This document shows positions 1 through 13,191 of a stretch of DNA of 64,000 bases, piece after piece (within the stretch, counting starts at the first letter, position 1; each line of letters opens with the position of its first letter). Source of the DNA: Paramoeba atlantica (taxonomy: Eukaryota > Protista > Discosea); contig CDRNVI010000138.1 in the NCBI GenBank assembly GCA_977017575.1, positions 40,214 to 104,213 on the forward strand. The letters are read 5' to 3'. Made by a program: the position numbers and the translations under genes. The notes below the pieces were generated by a model that had not been told where the DNA came from, made no database searches, and saw only the letters and a program-made list of their open reading frames with translations.

Positions 1-349
1 CCACTTTGATTTTCACTATTTTTGAGATGAAAATACTCTTTGTCGACGCTTGAACGCACGAAGGGAACCAACTCTCATAGTAAATTATTATGAAAAAGTC
101 CATACCAAAAGTTAAAAGCTGATGTCATTTTCGTCGATGTCACCTTTTTTTATTTTACTGTAAAACTCACTAAAATAAAAATTGGGGTGTCCATTTTCAT
201 TGGGACTCCCGAAAAAGCGCTCCAAAAAATTGCTAAATATTTTTCGTCTGCCAACTGAGGCGAATTTTGTTCTCTTTCTCAATTTTCTTGTGTTTCTTTC
301 TTTTTTTTTTATTTTTTTGACATCTTTCTTCTGTTCCAAAAAAGAAAAT

Positions 350-2012
350 ATGGCTTCTGAAGGTCACCCACTTGAACAAACACCTCCTTTGTATTTGACC
401 GATCGTCGATTTCTTTTGACTTGTAGTGATGATGTTGTGAGTCCCCAAGAAAAAGAAACACACAAACGTTTTCTCTTGGAGGAGATCGAGAAGAAAGGTT
501 TTTTGTTCTGTTTTTTTTTTTTTCAAAACAAAGTTGGAGATATCGTTCACTTTTCTTCTTCTCTATCTATGATAGAGAGAGAGTCTCTTTCCTGAAATTT
601 TTCATTCATCTTAGGTATGGTTCATCTCTACCTTGCTCTTTGTGATCAATTCAAATGGGCCAAAGACGAGAAGAAAGTTGATGAGATGAAAGAAAAAAAC
701 TCGAAAATTGTTGAAGGATTGAAGAACAAAATCGAAGATGCTGTGGAGAACTTTGGTGAAAGTGAAGTCAGAGAAGCAACCTTAGCAGAAGCTGAACATT
801 ATTGCCGAATTGTGGATAAAGAAAACGCAGTAAATGCGTATCGAGAAACTCTTTCAAAAACAATTGGAAAAGGTGAAAAACTTGACATTGTCTTTTCATT
901 AATTCGGTTGGGTTTCTTTTGGCGTGATTCCCCTCTTATTTTGAGAAACATTGAGCAAGCCAAAGATCTTCTTGTCACTGGTGGTGATTGGGATCGAAAA
1001 AATCGTCTCCATGCTTATGAAGGTTTTTTTCTTTTAACTTTTCTTTTTTTTTCTTTTTTTTTTTTGGTGAGGGAGGGAGGGAGGAAGGGAGGGAGGTGGC
1101 GGGTTGTATTTTGTTTTTGGCATTTCTTGTGTTAAAAGGCCGATTTGGGTGGGTATTTTTTTTTTAATGAAAAAAAAACCCAAGAAGAACATAATTTTTC
1201 TTTCTTTTTTCGAGAACACACAACCAAAAATTCTCACCGTCACACAAACAACAACAGGTCTTTACTTCATGTCAATTCGTTCATGGGATGAGGCAGCCAC
1301 GTTGTTCCTTGAAACTCTTGCTACATACACTTGCACTGAATTGTTCGAGTACAAACGTTTCATCTTTTACACTGTGGTGCTGTCGTTGGTGACTCTTCCT
1401 CGTCCAGCTCTCAAGAAAAGGATTCTTGAATCTCCTGAAGTTCACGGTGTAATTGACGAGATTCCCAGTCTTGGAGATTTGATTAATTCATTCTATAATG
1501 CCGAGTATCGTCTCTTCTTTCAATCACTTGGTGTCATTGTTGATCAGCTCAAAAAAGATCGGTATTTAAGTAATTTTGCTGGGTACTTTTGTCGAGAGAT
1601 GAGAATCAAAGCGTACAATCAATTACTTGAATCCTATCGTTCTCTTCAAATCCGCAACGTCGCAGATCAATTTGGAGTCACTCCTGAGTTTATTGATACT
1701 GATCTTTCACGTTTCATTTACTCTGGACGTGTGTACTGTAAGATTGATGCTGTTCGTGGGATTATTGAGACCTCTCGTCATGACGTTAAAAATACTCATT
1801 ATCAGGTTATTTTTCTTTAACCCATTTTCTTCTTTAACCCATTTTCTTCTCATTTTTTCTTTCCTGAACGTGGGAATTTTCATTTTTTTATTGTTGCTTT
1901 TTTTTTGCTTTTTTTTTTTGAACTAAATTTCTTTTTGTTTGACTAGATGACTTTGAAATCTGGAGACAATCTCATGCACCGAGTCCAGAAATTATCTCGT
2001 GTGATTATCTGA
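350..2012 (+). CDS. RPN7: 26S proteasome regulatory subunit RPN7/PSMD6 (PCI domain); exons 350-497, 615-1022, 1258-1805, 1947-2012
   Basis: GT-AG splicing joins the frames into one protein with GGDWDRKNRLHAYEG, YCKIDAVRGIIET and C-terminal GDNLMHRVQKLSRVII*, all matching RPN7 family motifs. Confidence 0.95.
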
Positions 2013-2101
2013 TTCAAAACAAATCCCCTTTTACAACAACAAACAAAAAAAGTATAAAAAAATTCTAAAAAAAAATATAAGTTTATGTTTTTTAATTTTC
2101 T

Positions 2102-2886
2102 CTAATACCCATCATACCCTGGACTCGAGTCATCAAAGAATCTTTTTCAATATCATAAGGATGAGTCTTTGATGGGATCTCAAGAATTGTTGGGAGAGCG
2201 CTCGCCCGATTTTCTGTGAGTTCGAAATATTCATCAATTGCCCCTCGAATTTCGTTGGCAATCTAAAAAGGAAGAGGAAACAATTTCAGAAAAAAGAATC
2301 TCGAAAGTAAAAAATCAGACTCTATTTTTATACGAAAAAAACAAACGTATTGGTTAATCAAAAGAATAGCAATGTCATCTCGACGAGTAAAAGTACGGAA
2401 TGCATTCTCAATTTGTCCTTGGGTGGTCTCTGTCGAAAGAAAAGACAAAAAAAAAGGTCAAAAAAGATATAAGAACTCGAAAAAAAAGTCATTTCTTTCT
2501 CTCTAGATCCGAAGAATCAAAATTATCAAAAAGATTTGAACTTGAACTGACGAGGAAGAAGTTGTTTTTAAAAGATTCTTTTCTTTGCATATCACTTTCA
2601 CCAATTCCGGTCAATAAAAATCCGGTAATTGTGTCCTATGAGAGGCCAAAGAAGAAAGAGAGAGAGAGAGAGATAGAATAAAGAGATAAAAAGAGTCAAA
2701 ATCTCAGAAGTGGAGGGAGTCGAAGAATAAGTTCAACAGCGGGAAGAAAGAGGTGGAAAAAAGAGAAAAAAAAGGGAAGGAAGAAAAGAGAGGTCTCAAA
2801 GAGTGAAAAGGATAGAAAAGAAAAAAGACCTCATCACCAATAACAGAAACGAGGTTACCATCTTGATTTCCGATCAACTTTGCCAT
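2102..2886 (-). CDS. VMA7: V-type H+-ATPase subunit F, 4 exons
   Basis: Spliced translation MAKLIGNQDGNLVSVIGDE-DTITGFLLTGIG...RDDIAILLINQY-IANEIR...LPTILEIPSKTHPYD matches ATP6V1F motifs. Confidence 0.93.
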
Positions 2887-3290
2887 TTTTTTGTTTTTTT
2901 GAACCCACAAGAAAAGAAAAAGAAAAAGAAAAAGAAAAAAACACGATTTGCCACGGCAAAAAGAAAAAAGAGCAGACAAATCATTAGAGCTCTAATTTTA
3001 GCTCTTGCCAAGAGTTTTCTCGAAAAGTTGCCAGTTTTTTTGATTTTTCTTTTTCTCATTTTTCCATATCTCCAACTTTTTAAAAAGACTTGGAATAGGA
3101 AGGGTCGAAAAGGAGCAAATGGCTAATTGAACCGTTTCTTTTTTTTGATTTTACAACGCTTGGACAACTTTGAAAGGAAAAAAAAGAGGTCCCACTTCTC
3201 CTCTTCCTCCTTTTCTCTTTCTTCTTCCTCTCCTTTCTCTCTCTCTCTCTCTTTCTCTCTTTCTCTCCACTGGAGTCCAAAAAAACACCG

Positions 3291-6200
3291 ATGTTTCACA
3301 TTTCTCCAACCCTGAGACCTTGGCAAAAGAAAGATCCATTCAGCCTTTCTTCTTTCCCTCCAAAACCACCACAACCTTCATGGGGTTCTCCTGCGCTCAA
3401 AACACAACAGCATAAACCACAAGAAAATCGAACTGCTCCTTCTCTTGTTGATCTTTGTCTTGATACTCTCATTCTTTCTTTTTTCTTAAAAGGTTCAATA
3501 TTTTTCTTTTTGTTGTTGTTTTTTTTCTTCTTCTTCCATGTCCTTCGGTCTCTCTCGTATTGATCGTTCAAAATTTTCCTTGTTTCTTCTTAGGAGTTTC
3601 TGAGAAAGATGAACAAAAACGTGTCGAAATTTTGAATCGAGTCTTTAAACGAAAGAATTTGAAAAGTTTTTGTTTTTCGTCTTTTCTTGAAAGAAAGGTC
3701 TTGAATCCCTTGGTGCTTCGTTCGTTCTCAACCTCGAAAGGGAGTTTTATTACATCCTTGGACATCTCTGGTTCACGAGTTTCGAATTATGCCCTCTCGT
3801 TGGTTGGCGAGATTCGCAGTTTGACAACCCTCTCTCTGCGATCTTGTACCAACTTTGATGATGGAGGTCTAGCTGCTCTTGCTCGTGGATCTTGTTCCAA
3901 ATACCTCAAAAATCTCGATCTTTCGAAATGTCGGAAAGTATCTGATGCAGCAATCACAGTTTTGACCTCTTTTGAGAATCTTCGGTTGTTGGACTTGTCA
4001 GATTTGTTATTGACCGACGCTGGGATCAGTGAACTTCGATTCGGTTTTCTCAAGTTAGAGTTTCTCTCTCTTTCGAGAACAAAAATTACAGATGAAAGTC
4101 TTGAAATCTTATCCTCTTCTTTTGGGGAGAGTGATGATCCAGAAAAAAAAGACAAGAAAGAGGCTACTGGGCTTATCTCTTTAAAGAACCTCAAAATATG
4201 TTCTGTTGCGGTCACCTCAAAGGGGCTCCTCTATCTGACCTTATTTCCTTCTCTTGCTTTAGTCGATTTGTTTGGGACTTGGCCCTCTTCCGAAGAAGAA
4301 GAAAAATTTTGGAAAGACTTTGAAGTATCCCTCACAAAGAATCGACCTGGTACTTCGTTGCATCGAAGTGCTGGAAAGCTAATTTTGATGCCTCCTCAGA
4401 TTAAAGAAGATCGTTCGGAATTTGAACAAAAGCGTGAGTGGATCTTCAAATGCCCTGTTCAAGATCTTTGGAATATTCGAAGACTTATCCCACTTTTGGA
4501 AGCCTCTCGTAACCCGTCTTCCTGTGGCTCCTTTGTTCCCCGGAAAACAGTTTTAATCTCACAAGGAAAGCCACAATCACTGAACTCCCCAAATATAACT
4601 TCTTTTGCTGGTGGTGGTGGTCCCAGGAATAATCCTCGGCTCACTTTTTCAACTCCCCAAACAAACCGTTTTGCCGCCAAGTTTTTACCGACGGCGACCA
4701 CAACACACCCAGCTGAACATCATCACCCACCACATGGAGGTGGCGGCCAAGGACTACGTTTTACGACCCCTCAAATTTCAAGGCATCATCAACAACAAAC
4801 CAGTCCCCGCCAACCATCCCCAACATCCCCGCAGCCCGTTGAATCTTCAGAATCAGGCCACCACCAACAAAAACCAAATTTGTCTCCATCAAAAAAGACT
4901 CAAGAAGGAGGAGGAGGGGCGAGCGAAAAAGAAAACTCTTCTGCTCAATCAACCCCGTTCACCTTCAATCGCCTCTGTTTAGTTCGACAGAAATCTGATG
5001 AAAAAAATCTTTCCCCCAAAAAGAAAAAAACTGGTCCAACTACCCCAGCCAAGAGGATTTTGTCGTATGATGAAGAGACACCAGAAAACAAGAAGACGCG
5101 GAATAGTGAAGATGAAGATTCTATTGATGATGATGATGAGGTTGTATTAGGCCCAGAAGATTTCCCAGAAGGAACTTATTGTCCTTCTTGTAAGCAAGGA
5201 AATATCAAACCTCAGTATTTCTGTTTGGAGGATCCTGACCTCTGCGTTCGCTGTGCTCAAAAGAAAGGCCTCTGTTATATCTGTATCCGGCCGACTTCTC
5301 GACCTTCTATTTGCCTAGATTGTTCTCGCAAACCTCTCGCAAAAAGAAAGTGTGAATCGTGTAAAATCCGAGGACGAGTTTCGAATGGGAATCAGATGGG
5401 TTTTTGTGATCTTTGTTTTCCTGAAATCACACAATCGAGGGAGCGAATAACAAGGAAGAAGAAGATCTCTCTTCCACCAATACTGATGAAAGCCCCAAAG
5501 AAGGAAGAGATGCGCGATAACGACGAATTGTCTGGTACTGATGAAACAAGTCAAAATCTCCAGAAAAGTCCGATCATCGTCCCTGCAGAAACAGAGAAGA
5601 GCACAACACCTCCTCTTCGAGGAATCTCATCATTTAGTGGTTCTATTAGTAGTGGTTCTGTTTCCCAAAGCCAAAGTCCTCCACGAAAAAGGATTAAACG
5701 ATTATCGAAATTCGAAAAGATCAGAGAGCAATCCCTCTTTTCTGAAGGAGGATCCTCTTCTTCGCAGCCAAGCGAGTCGTCAAATGGCTTTCCTCTTCGA
5801 CAGCCAGAAAAGAAGAAGAGGAAGGTGTCTGCTGAAAGTCCTGTTGTTATTGTTCGTGAGTCCCCAAAATTACAAAGAAACAAAGCCCGTCTCCCAAGAG
5901 CGCCTTCAATTGAAATGATGGATTGTGGGAAAGAAAAACAAAGTTTGCCGTCAAGCCAAGAAGAGCCCAGAAAAGGAGGAAAAAGATTGGAGGTGGTGAT
6001 TGAAAAGGAAAACAAACACCAACACCAACACCACGATGATCAGTTATCTCTTTTTCAAGAACAACCGATGGCTTGCAAATCTGTTGAAACAAAAAATCAG
6101 AAAAATACGCCCAGAAGACAACAGCAGCGCCAACAAAAGCAACAACAACAAAAGCAACAACAACCTCGAGCACCTCCTTCACCGAGTGTCGTACCATCTC

Positions 6201-6436
6201 CTCCTCCAAATACGGGTTCTCGATTGAGAAGACCAACACCTCGAACACCAGGAGGAAGCCAAGATGCTTTGTTGCAGAGTGCATTGATGCGTTCTCGTTT
6301 GGAAGTGGATCGTATGAAAAGGATTCAATCTTATCGTGAGACAAGACTTTATTGTGAGGATCATGCCTCGAAAAAAAGGAAACGCACCCCCTCATCATCA
6401 TCCCAGTCAACGTCGACTGAAGATGATGAATTGTGA
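3291..6436 (+). CDS. RNI-like leucine-rich-repeat protein with a Cys-rich zinc-binding region and long disordered S/P/Q-rich C-terminus; exons 3291-3492, 3594-6436
   Basis: Exon 1 carries an APSLVDLCLD motif (BC-box-like). The phase-1 intron 3493-3593 joins it to the 958-aa ORF, which has LRRs such as LKNLDLSKCRKVSD and LRLLDLSDLLLTDAG and five clear CxxC pairs plus a CPSC. Confidence 0.75.
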
Positions 6437-6723
6437 AAAAAAAAAGATGATTTGTCAACACAAAAGAGAAAACTTCTTCCATTTTTCTCTCTTTTACTTC
6501 TTATTTATCGCGAGACCAAAAGTTTCTCACAAATAACAACAACAAAAAAAAGAGCTCCAACAAGAAAAACAAAAGCCAAGAAAAATACAAGAAAAATAAA
6601 TTTATCAAAAAATAAAAAAGAAATAGTTATTTAAATCACTCATCAAGATCAAATAAAAATATGATCAAGGTCGTAGAATTTTTTTGAGACGAATTGATGA
6701 CGAATTTGATGATGAAGATGTGA

Positions 6724-7732
6724 TCACATGTCCATCATAAACTCTGTATCAGGATCATCTCCCCAACCATAACCCTCATCATCATCCTCCATGTTCATGT
6801 TGCTACTACTTGAAGAAGAAGACCCTCCTTGGAAATATTGTTGCGATTCGCTTATTGCTGTTTTCCTTGTTGCCCGGCAATGGAAAAAGACCATCCGTTT
6901 CATCTTCTTGTTATAAAAGAAATAGTTGAATCCCCAACTGTTTTTTTGTTTGTTTTTGAGTAAAAGAGGAGAGAAAGGAAGAAGTGGGGAGAGTTTCCAC
7001 ACTTCAAATCAAAAAAAAAAAAAGAGCTAAACGAACATTCGCCCATCTTGATAGAAAGGATCAGAATCAGGATCGGGAAAGAAAGAGTACACAAGACAAT
7101 CCTGCAAGAAGGGAGAAAAGAGGTTAAAAACGAAAAACAAAACAAAAAGAAGAATAAAAGTTAAAAAAAAGAATGAAAAAAAAAAGAATGAAAAAAAAAA
7201 GAATGAAAAAAAAGAGGGAAAAAACAAAAAAAAAAGAGGGAAAAAACAAAAAAAAAAAAAGAGGGAAAACAAAAAAAAATCTGGAAAAAACCTTCAACAT
7301 AATCTCCCGATCAAGAGTGGACCAAAGTTCCTCCTGAAGTTGCCCCGGAAAATGAGGAAGAGTAGACTGAAGAGGAGAGTTGATAGAATTACAAACTAAA
7401 TACAAGTTTGTTTCATCACGAAACTCTTCCGGTTTTGCGTTACTAAAATCATAATCCGGGAAAATAGCGTTCAAGGTCGCCACAAGAAAAATGAATGTTT
7501 TTCGAGATGATGTATCAGAGAGAGGGCCAAAAGGAGAAGATGCAATGCTCTCACAATGACTTGGTGATGTTGCCAATTCAGCATACATGTTGTCCATGCT
7601 TTTGTACAATTTTCTGTCCGATCCGGGCTTGCAGGAGTACGCCTCAAGAACAGATTCGATCCGAATCCCATTCAACTCTTTGTTCAAGGAACTCGTCAGT
7701 TGGTCAAACTCATAAACTTCCAGAAACTTCAT
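6724..7732 (-). CDS. MAF1: MAF1, repressor of RNA polymerase III, 3 exons
   Basis: Motifs MKFLE, LEAYSCK...DRKLYK, SSRKTFIFLVATLNAIFPDYDFS, CLVYSFFPDPDSDPF and IWGFNYFFYNKKMKR, plus an acidic tail. Confidence 0.93.
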
Positions 7733-8402
7733 TTTGATTTCTTATTTTCTCTTATCGTTGTTAACAATGTCCTTTTTTCTCTTTAATGCGGTTGCGGCAG
7801 TATTACGAAAAACCAACTACAAATCGAAAATATTAAACTCTCCGTCGAACTCAAATGCATCGAAGACAAACAACCACTCTTTTGACCCAGGTGCTACAGT
7901 CCAAAAAACCAGTAGCAAGAATCGAAAAAAAAAAAGTGACAGAAAAAAAAAGATCAAAAAAATAAGCACTGGTCACCCACCAAAACAAAAACACAATCCT
8001 CACTTCGCCTCAACAAACTCAAAAAAAAAAAACAAAACCAAAAAACGGAAAAACAGAAAATAACACGCCAAATTCGTTTACCATATTTAGGAGGATTTCG
8101 TTTTCTCAGAACGAATTCAAAGGTGCGAATATTTCAAGCTTTTTTTATAACGAGGGTCGGGATTTTCTATCTTCACTCGTTCGCCAAAAAATTTTTCACT
8201 GAAAATTGGAAACCACACAAGTTAATACCTTATTTAGAAAACACAGGTTTGGAACCAACTTATTCTATTTATGGAATAAACGGGTTTGTCGACTTCGAAA
8301 CGACAAACCGTTCCTTTTTTCCCCTTTTCTCCTTTCTTCCTTTTGGGATTGAGAGAAAGAGAGGAAAACCAAGTCGAATCTTTTCACTTTTCTTTTTGAA
8401 AA
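7733..8402. promoter_or_regulatory. Probable bidirectional promoter shared by MAF1 and midasin
   Basis: 670 bp between head-to-head start codons. Function inferred from position only. Confidence 0.45.
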
Positions 8403-11400
8403 ATGAAATTTTTTGCTTGGGATGTTCGACCCTCGCTTAAGACATTAGTAGAATGTTTCCTGACTGATTCAAACGATATCCGACGTTCTTTCCTTTTCTC
8501 TCTTGTCGAAAAAACATCATGTACTTCGAAAGGGAGCGTAAATCAACAAGAAAAAGATCAAATGTTACAAGTTTTAGTTTCATGTCTTTTGGATCCATTG
8601 TATACTCTTTCTGTTGTTCGTCTCTTTCGACCTCTTCTTCCTGAACTGATGGCTCGGTTACTTCGAAGTCACCGTGCTTTTCAATGTCTTGCTGGTTCTT
8701 TTTGTTGTTCTTCCTCTTCCTCTTCTCCTTCTCCTTCTTCTTCTTCTTCTAGTCTTGGAAATAAAATGGGATGTACGACGAGAGTTCTTGTTTGTTTGAG
8801 TCGGATCTTGCCTCTTTTTCCACAAAGTTTTGAAATTATCTTTCAATTTTTCAGCCATTGCCCTTCTCCTTTGGATTCTCTTTCTTTCTCTCTAGAACCT
8901 CTTTCTGCTGATGCACCAGCAACAACAACATCTTCTACCAATTATTCTGAAGTTCTTGGATCCTTTCTTGCGCTCTTTACGACCAATTCTTCTTGCTCCT
9001 CCTCTTCTTCGTCTCAACAAAAAGAAATTCGAGAAAATGTTGTACAACTTTCAAAAAGTACAAAAGAAGAGAGAATGAATGAGAAGATGAAGAATAAGAA
9101 TGGGGTTCATATTCTCTTATCTGCTTTACGTTTTCTTCGTTTTTCATCAACAACTTTTCGTAATTTGTGGAATTGGACTCCTGTTATCTCTTTACTTTCT
9201 CATTCTGATCCTCTTATTCGTTCTTTGGCAAAAGGGTGTGCTCATTCTCTCTTTTCTGTCTCTCAAGAACTCTCTCTTTTGCCTAAACCCGATTTTTCTG
9301 TCGCAAGGAAGGAGAAAGAAAGAGAAAAGATGGATATTGATTTTCAACATCATCAACAAGAAGAGGAAGAACAAGAACAAGAACAAGAACAAGAAGAAGA
9401 AGGAAAGGGATTAGAGCAATATTGCCAATTTGACGAAGACAAAGAATTGTTAGAAAAAGCTGTTTTGTGGATTGAGACAGAAATTCAAACAGAGCGCAGT
9501 TTGTTGTTTTGTGACACCCGACCAAAAGAGTCACAGGAAATTACAATCGATGTTGATTTGAGTGATGGTAGAGTTGAGGCAATTCGTCATATTGGTGATG
9601 TTACTTGTGATAGAGTTGAGAAAGAAAAGAAAAAGAAGAAGAAAGAAAGAGAAGGAAAAGGAGAACGAGGGAAGAGAAGAGAAAGAGAGAGAGAAAGAGA
9701 AGAAGAAGAGGAGGAGAGTGGGACAGTGATGATCACAGAATTGAATCTTTCTCGAGATGTTGTTGTTGATTTGTGTGGTGTTTTGCTTTTTCGTCGTCAT
9801 CATCAAGAGAAAGAAAGAGAGACTGATTTTTTGGGGGGAGAGGAGAGAGAGGAGAGAGGAGAAGGAGAAGGAAAGAAGAGAAAGAGAGAGGGGGAAGGAG
9901 AGAGAAGGGATGGGGAGGTTGAGGGAAAGAGAGAGAGTTTGTCGACTTTGGAGTCGAGAAAGTTTGTTTATACTTCTACTTCGGAGGAGTTGATGGTTTC
10001 TTTGGCTCTTTCTGTTAGGCAGAGTTTTCCTGTTTTGTTGTCTGGCATTCCTGGTTCTGGAAAATGTTTGTTGTTTTTTTATTTTTTTTTATTTTTATTT
10101 ATGTTGTTTTATTTGTTTATCTGTTTGCTTGTTTTGTTTTTTGTTTTTTGATTCAAGTTTTTTTTTCAATGATTATCATTTTTTTGTTAATTTTTTCAAT
10201 CGTTCACTAAAAACAATTTTTGATCTTATACATTAATTCCAATCCAAAAAACCAAAAACACAAAAACAAAACAAAAACAAAAACAAAAACAAAAAAACAA
10301 AACAAAAACAGCGGTACTAGTAGAAGAAATAGCAAGAATGACAGGAAATGAAGAAGATCTTATTCGAATTCATTTGGGTGACGAGGCTGATTCTAAGTCT
10401 CTTCTTGGTATGTATGTTTGTACTGATACTCCTGGTCAATTTAAATGGCAGGTTTTTTTTTTTTTTTTCTTTTTCTTTTCTTTTTTTTTTTTTTTATTGT
10501 TTTTTTTTTATTGTTTTTTTTTTATTGTTTTTTTTATTGTTATTTTTATTTTTCTTTTTATATTTTATGTTTTCTTTTCTTTTCTTTATTTTCTTTTTAT
10601 TGCTCATGATCATTAAAATTATGATTTATTTTTATTTATTTTGTGGTTCGGAAAAGGATTTTGATCTGATTTAAACATTTCTCTCCCCTTTCTCTTTTTT
10701 CTTTCTCTCTTCTCTTTCTCTCTTCTCTTTCTCTCTTCTCTTTCCCTTCTCTTTCTCCCCCCCAATCCAGCCAGGAGCATTAACACAAGCAGTGGTAGAA
10801 GGAAAATGGATTTTAATTGAAGATATTGATCTCGCCTCTGTTGACGTCATCTCTATGCTTTTGCCTGTTTTGGAAAATCGGACTTTGTGTGTCACGTCGA
10901 GAGGGGAGGTTCTTTTTTCTTTTTCTTCTTTTCTTTTTCTTCTTTTCTTTTTCTTCTTTTTTTTTTCTTCTTTCTCTCTTCCTTTCCCCCTTTTTTCCTT
11001 TTTATTGCTTCTTTTCTTTCTTTCTTTCTTTTTTTCTCTGTTCTCCCTCCTTTTTTCTCTTCTCTTTTCTCTCTAAAAAAAAGAATGACAGGAAATTGTT
11101 GCAAGTCCTGGGTTTCGCATTTTTGCAACTTGTACTCTCCAGCAAGATCGTTATGGCAATGTAATTTTTTAATTTAATTTTCTTTCTTTATTCTTTATTG
11201 TATTAATTTAATTTTCTCTCTTATTCTTGATTATATTATTTTATTATTCTTTCTTGATTTTCTTAAATTCAAATTTCAAACCTAAAAAAAAAAAAATTCC
11301 TTTCTGAACAGGCAATTGGAGGACCAACAACTAATCGAAATTTAAAACTATTTTCAAGTTTTTTAACTCAAATTGAAGTTCCGCCTCTCCCCTCTCAAGA

Positions 11401-12345
11401 ACTTCTTTCTGTTATCAAATTTCGTTTCCCCTCTCTTTCTCCTCTCTCTTCTTATTTTGTTGATACTTTTTTTTCAATTCAAAATCGATTTTCTTCTTCT
11501 TCTTCTTCTTCTTCTTCTTCTTCTCCTTCTTCTCCTTCTTCTCCCTCTTCTTCTGAGGAAAATGAAAAAAAAGGAGATGGAGATATGGAAACAGAGTTAA
11601 AAGCACTAGAAGGAAGAGGAGGAGGAAAGATGAGATGGTTATCAACAAGAGATTTAATGAAATGGTGTCACAGAGTTGAGTCACTCGGTTATGCGTCACA
11701 CGAACTTCATAAATCCGATCTCCGTCAACAACAATCCCAAAAAAAGAAAAAGAGTAAAAAGAAACAAGAAGAGTCAGAAAAAGAGAAACAAGAAAGAGAA
11801 GAAAGAGAAAGAAAAGAGAGAGAGAGAAAAGAAATGGGAACAATTGCATTAAAAGTGAGAGAAACAGTTTTTCAAGAGGCAGTGGACTGTTTTTGTGCAT
11901 CAATAATGAACAATTTTCATCGAAATTTCATTATCCGAAAAATTGGCCTTTTTTGGAATCTGTCCGAAGAGCGGATTGTTTATTGTTGTGACACCTATAA
12001 GAGTTCTTGTAATGTCACGGAGATGGATGTCACGCTTGGCAGGGTCAGTTTGCCTGTTGTTAAGAGGAAAAGTGCTTCTGAGGTTTTTATTTTATTTTCT
12101 TTTTTATTTTTTTTTTCTAATTTTTTTCTTTCTTTCTTTTAGTTGAATTTTAAATTAATTTTTTTATTATATTAATAAATAATAATAATAATCATAATAA
12201 AATAGGAAGAAGAAAAGAAAAAGAAACTGTTCGCGGGAACAAGAACTGCTTTGAGATTGTTGGAGCGATTGGCCATTTGTGTTTTTATGTCTGAACCTGT
12301 TCTTTTGTGTGGTGAAACAGGTTCTTATTTTTATTTTTATTTTTA

Positions 12346-12376
<31 letters not shown>

Positions 12377-13160
12377 TTTTCTTTTTTTCTTCTCTTTTTC
12401 TCTCTTCCCTCTCTCCCTCAATCTCCCCTCACTCCCAAAAACAGGAGCGGGAAAAACAAGAGTGGTACAACATCTCGCAGATATAACAGGAAATGAACTT
12501 GTTGTTCAAAATATGAACCAACAATCCGAATCTTCTGACATGCTTGGTGGATTTAAACCTGTTAATTTTCTTACTTTGGGTTCTTTTTTTTTTTTTCTTT
12601 TTCTTTTCTGTAATTATTATTTATTTATTATTGATGTGATTATTTCAATTATTATTTTTAATTCTATTATTTTTTGTCATGATATTTTATTTTCATTCCT
12701 CTAATTTTTGTAAAATTCTGATTATTTTCATTTTCAAAAAAAAGCTCTCCCTCTCAAAAAAGTATTCATCAAACTTTTTGTCAAAACATTTTCCCGAAAG
12801 GAAAACAAATCTTTCCTCGAAAGATTAGAGCTCTTTTTTTCTCGTCAAGATTGGAAAAAGTTTTTTCAACTTATTTTTAATACCATTCAAAAAGTTGAGA
12901 ATATTTTTGAAGGGAGTGGGTCGTTGGGTGGTGTCACAAATTCTGTTGGAAAGGAAGATTTGCCAAGGAAGGGAGAGGGAGAAGAGAGAGAGGAAGAGAG
13001 AGAGGAAAGAGAGAGTGAAGGAAATGCAGAGGGATTAAAGAGAAGGAGAGAAGATGGTGGAGAATTTGAAGAAAAAGAAACTCAAAAGAGAGGGAAAGGT
13101 GCGAGAAAGAGAAATCGAGCAAAGAGACAAAAGAGGGAAGAATCTTCTACTGTAGCTATC

Positions 13161-13191
<31 letters not shown>

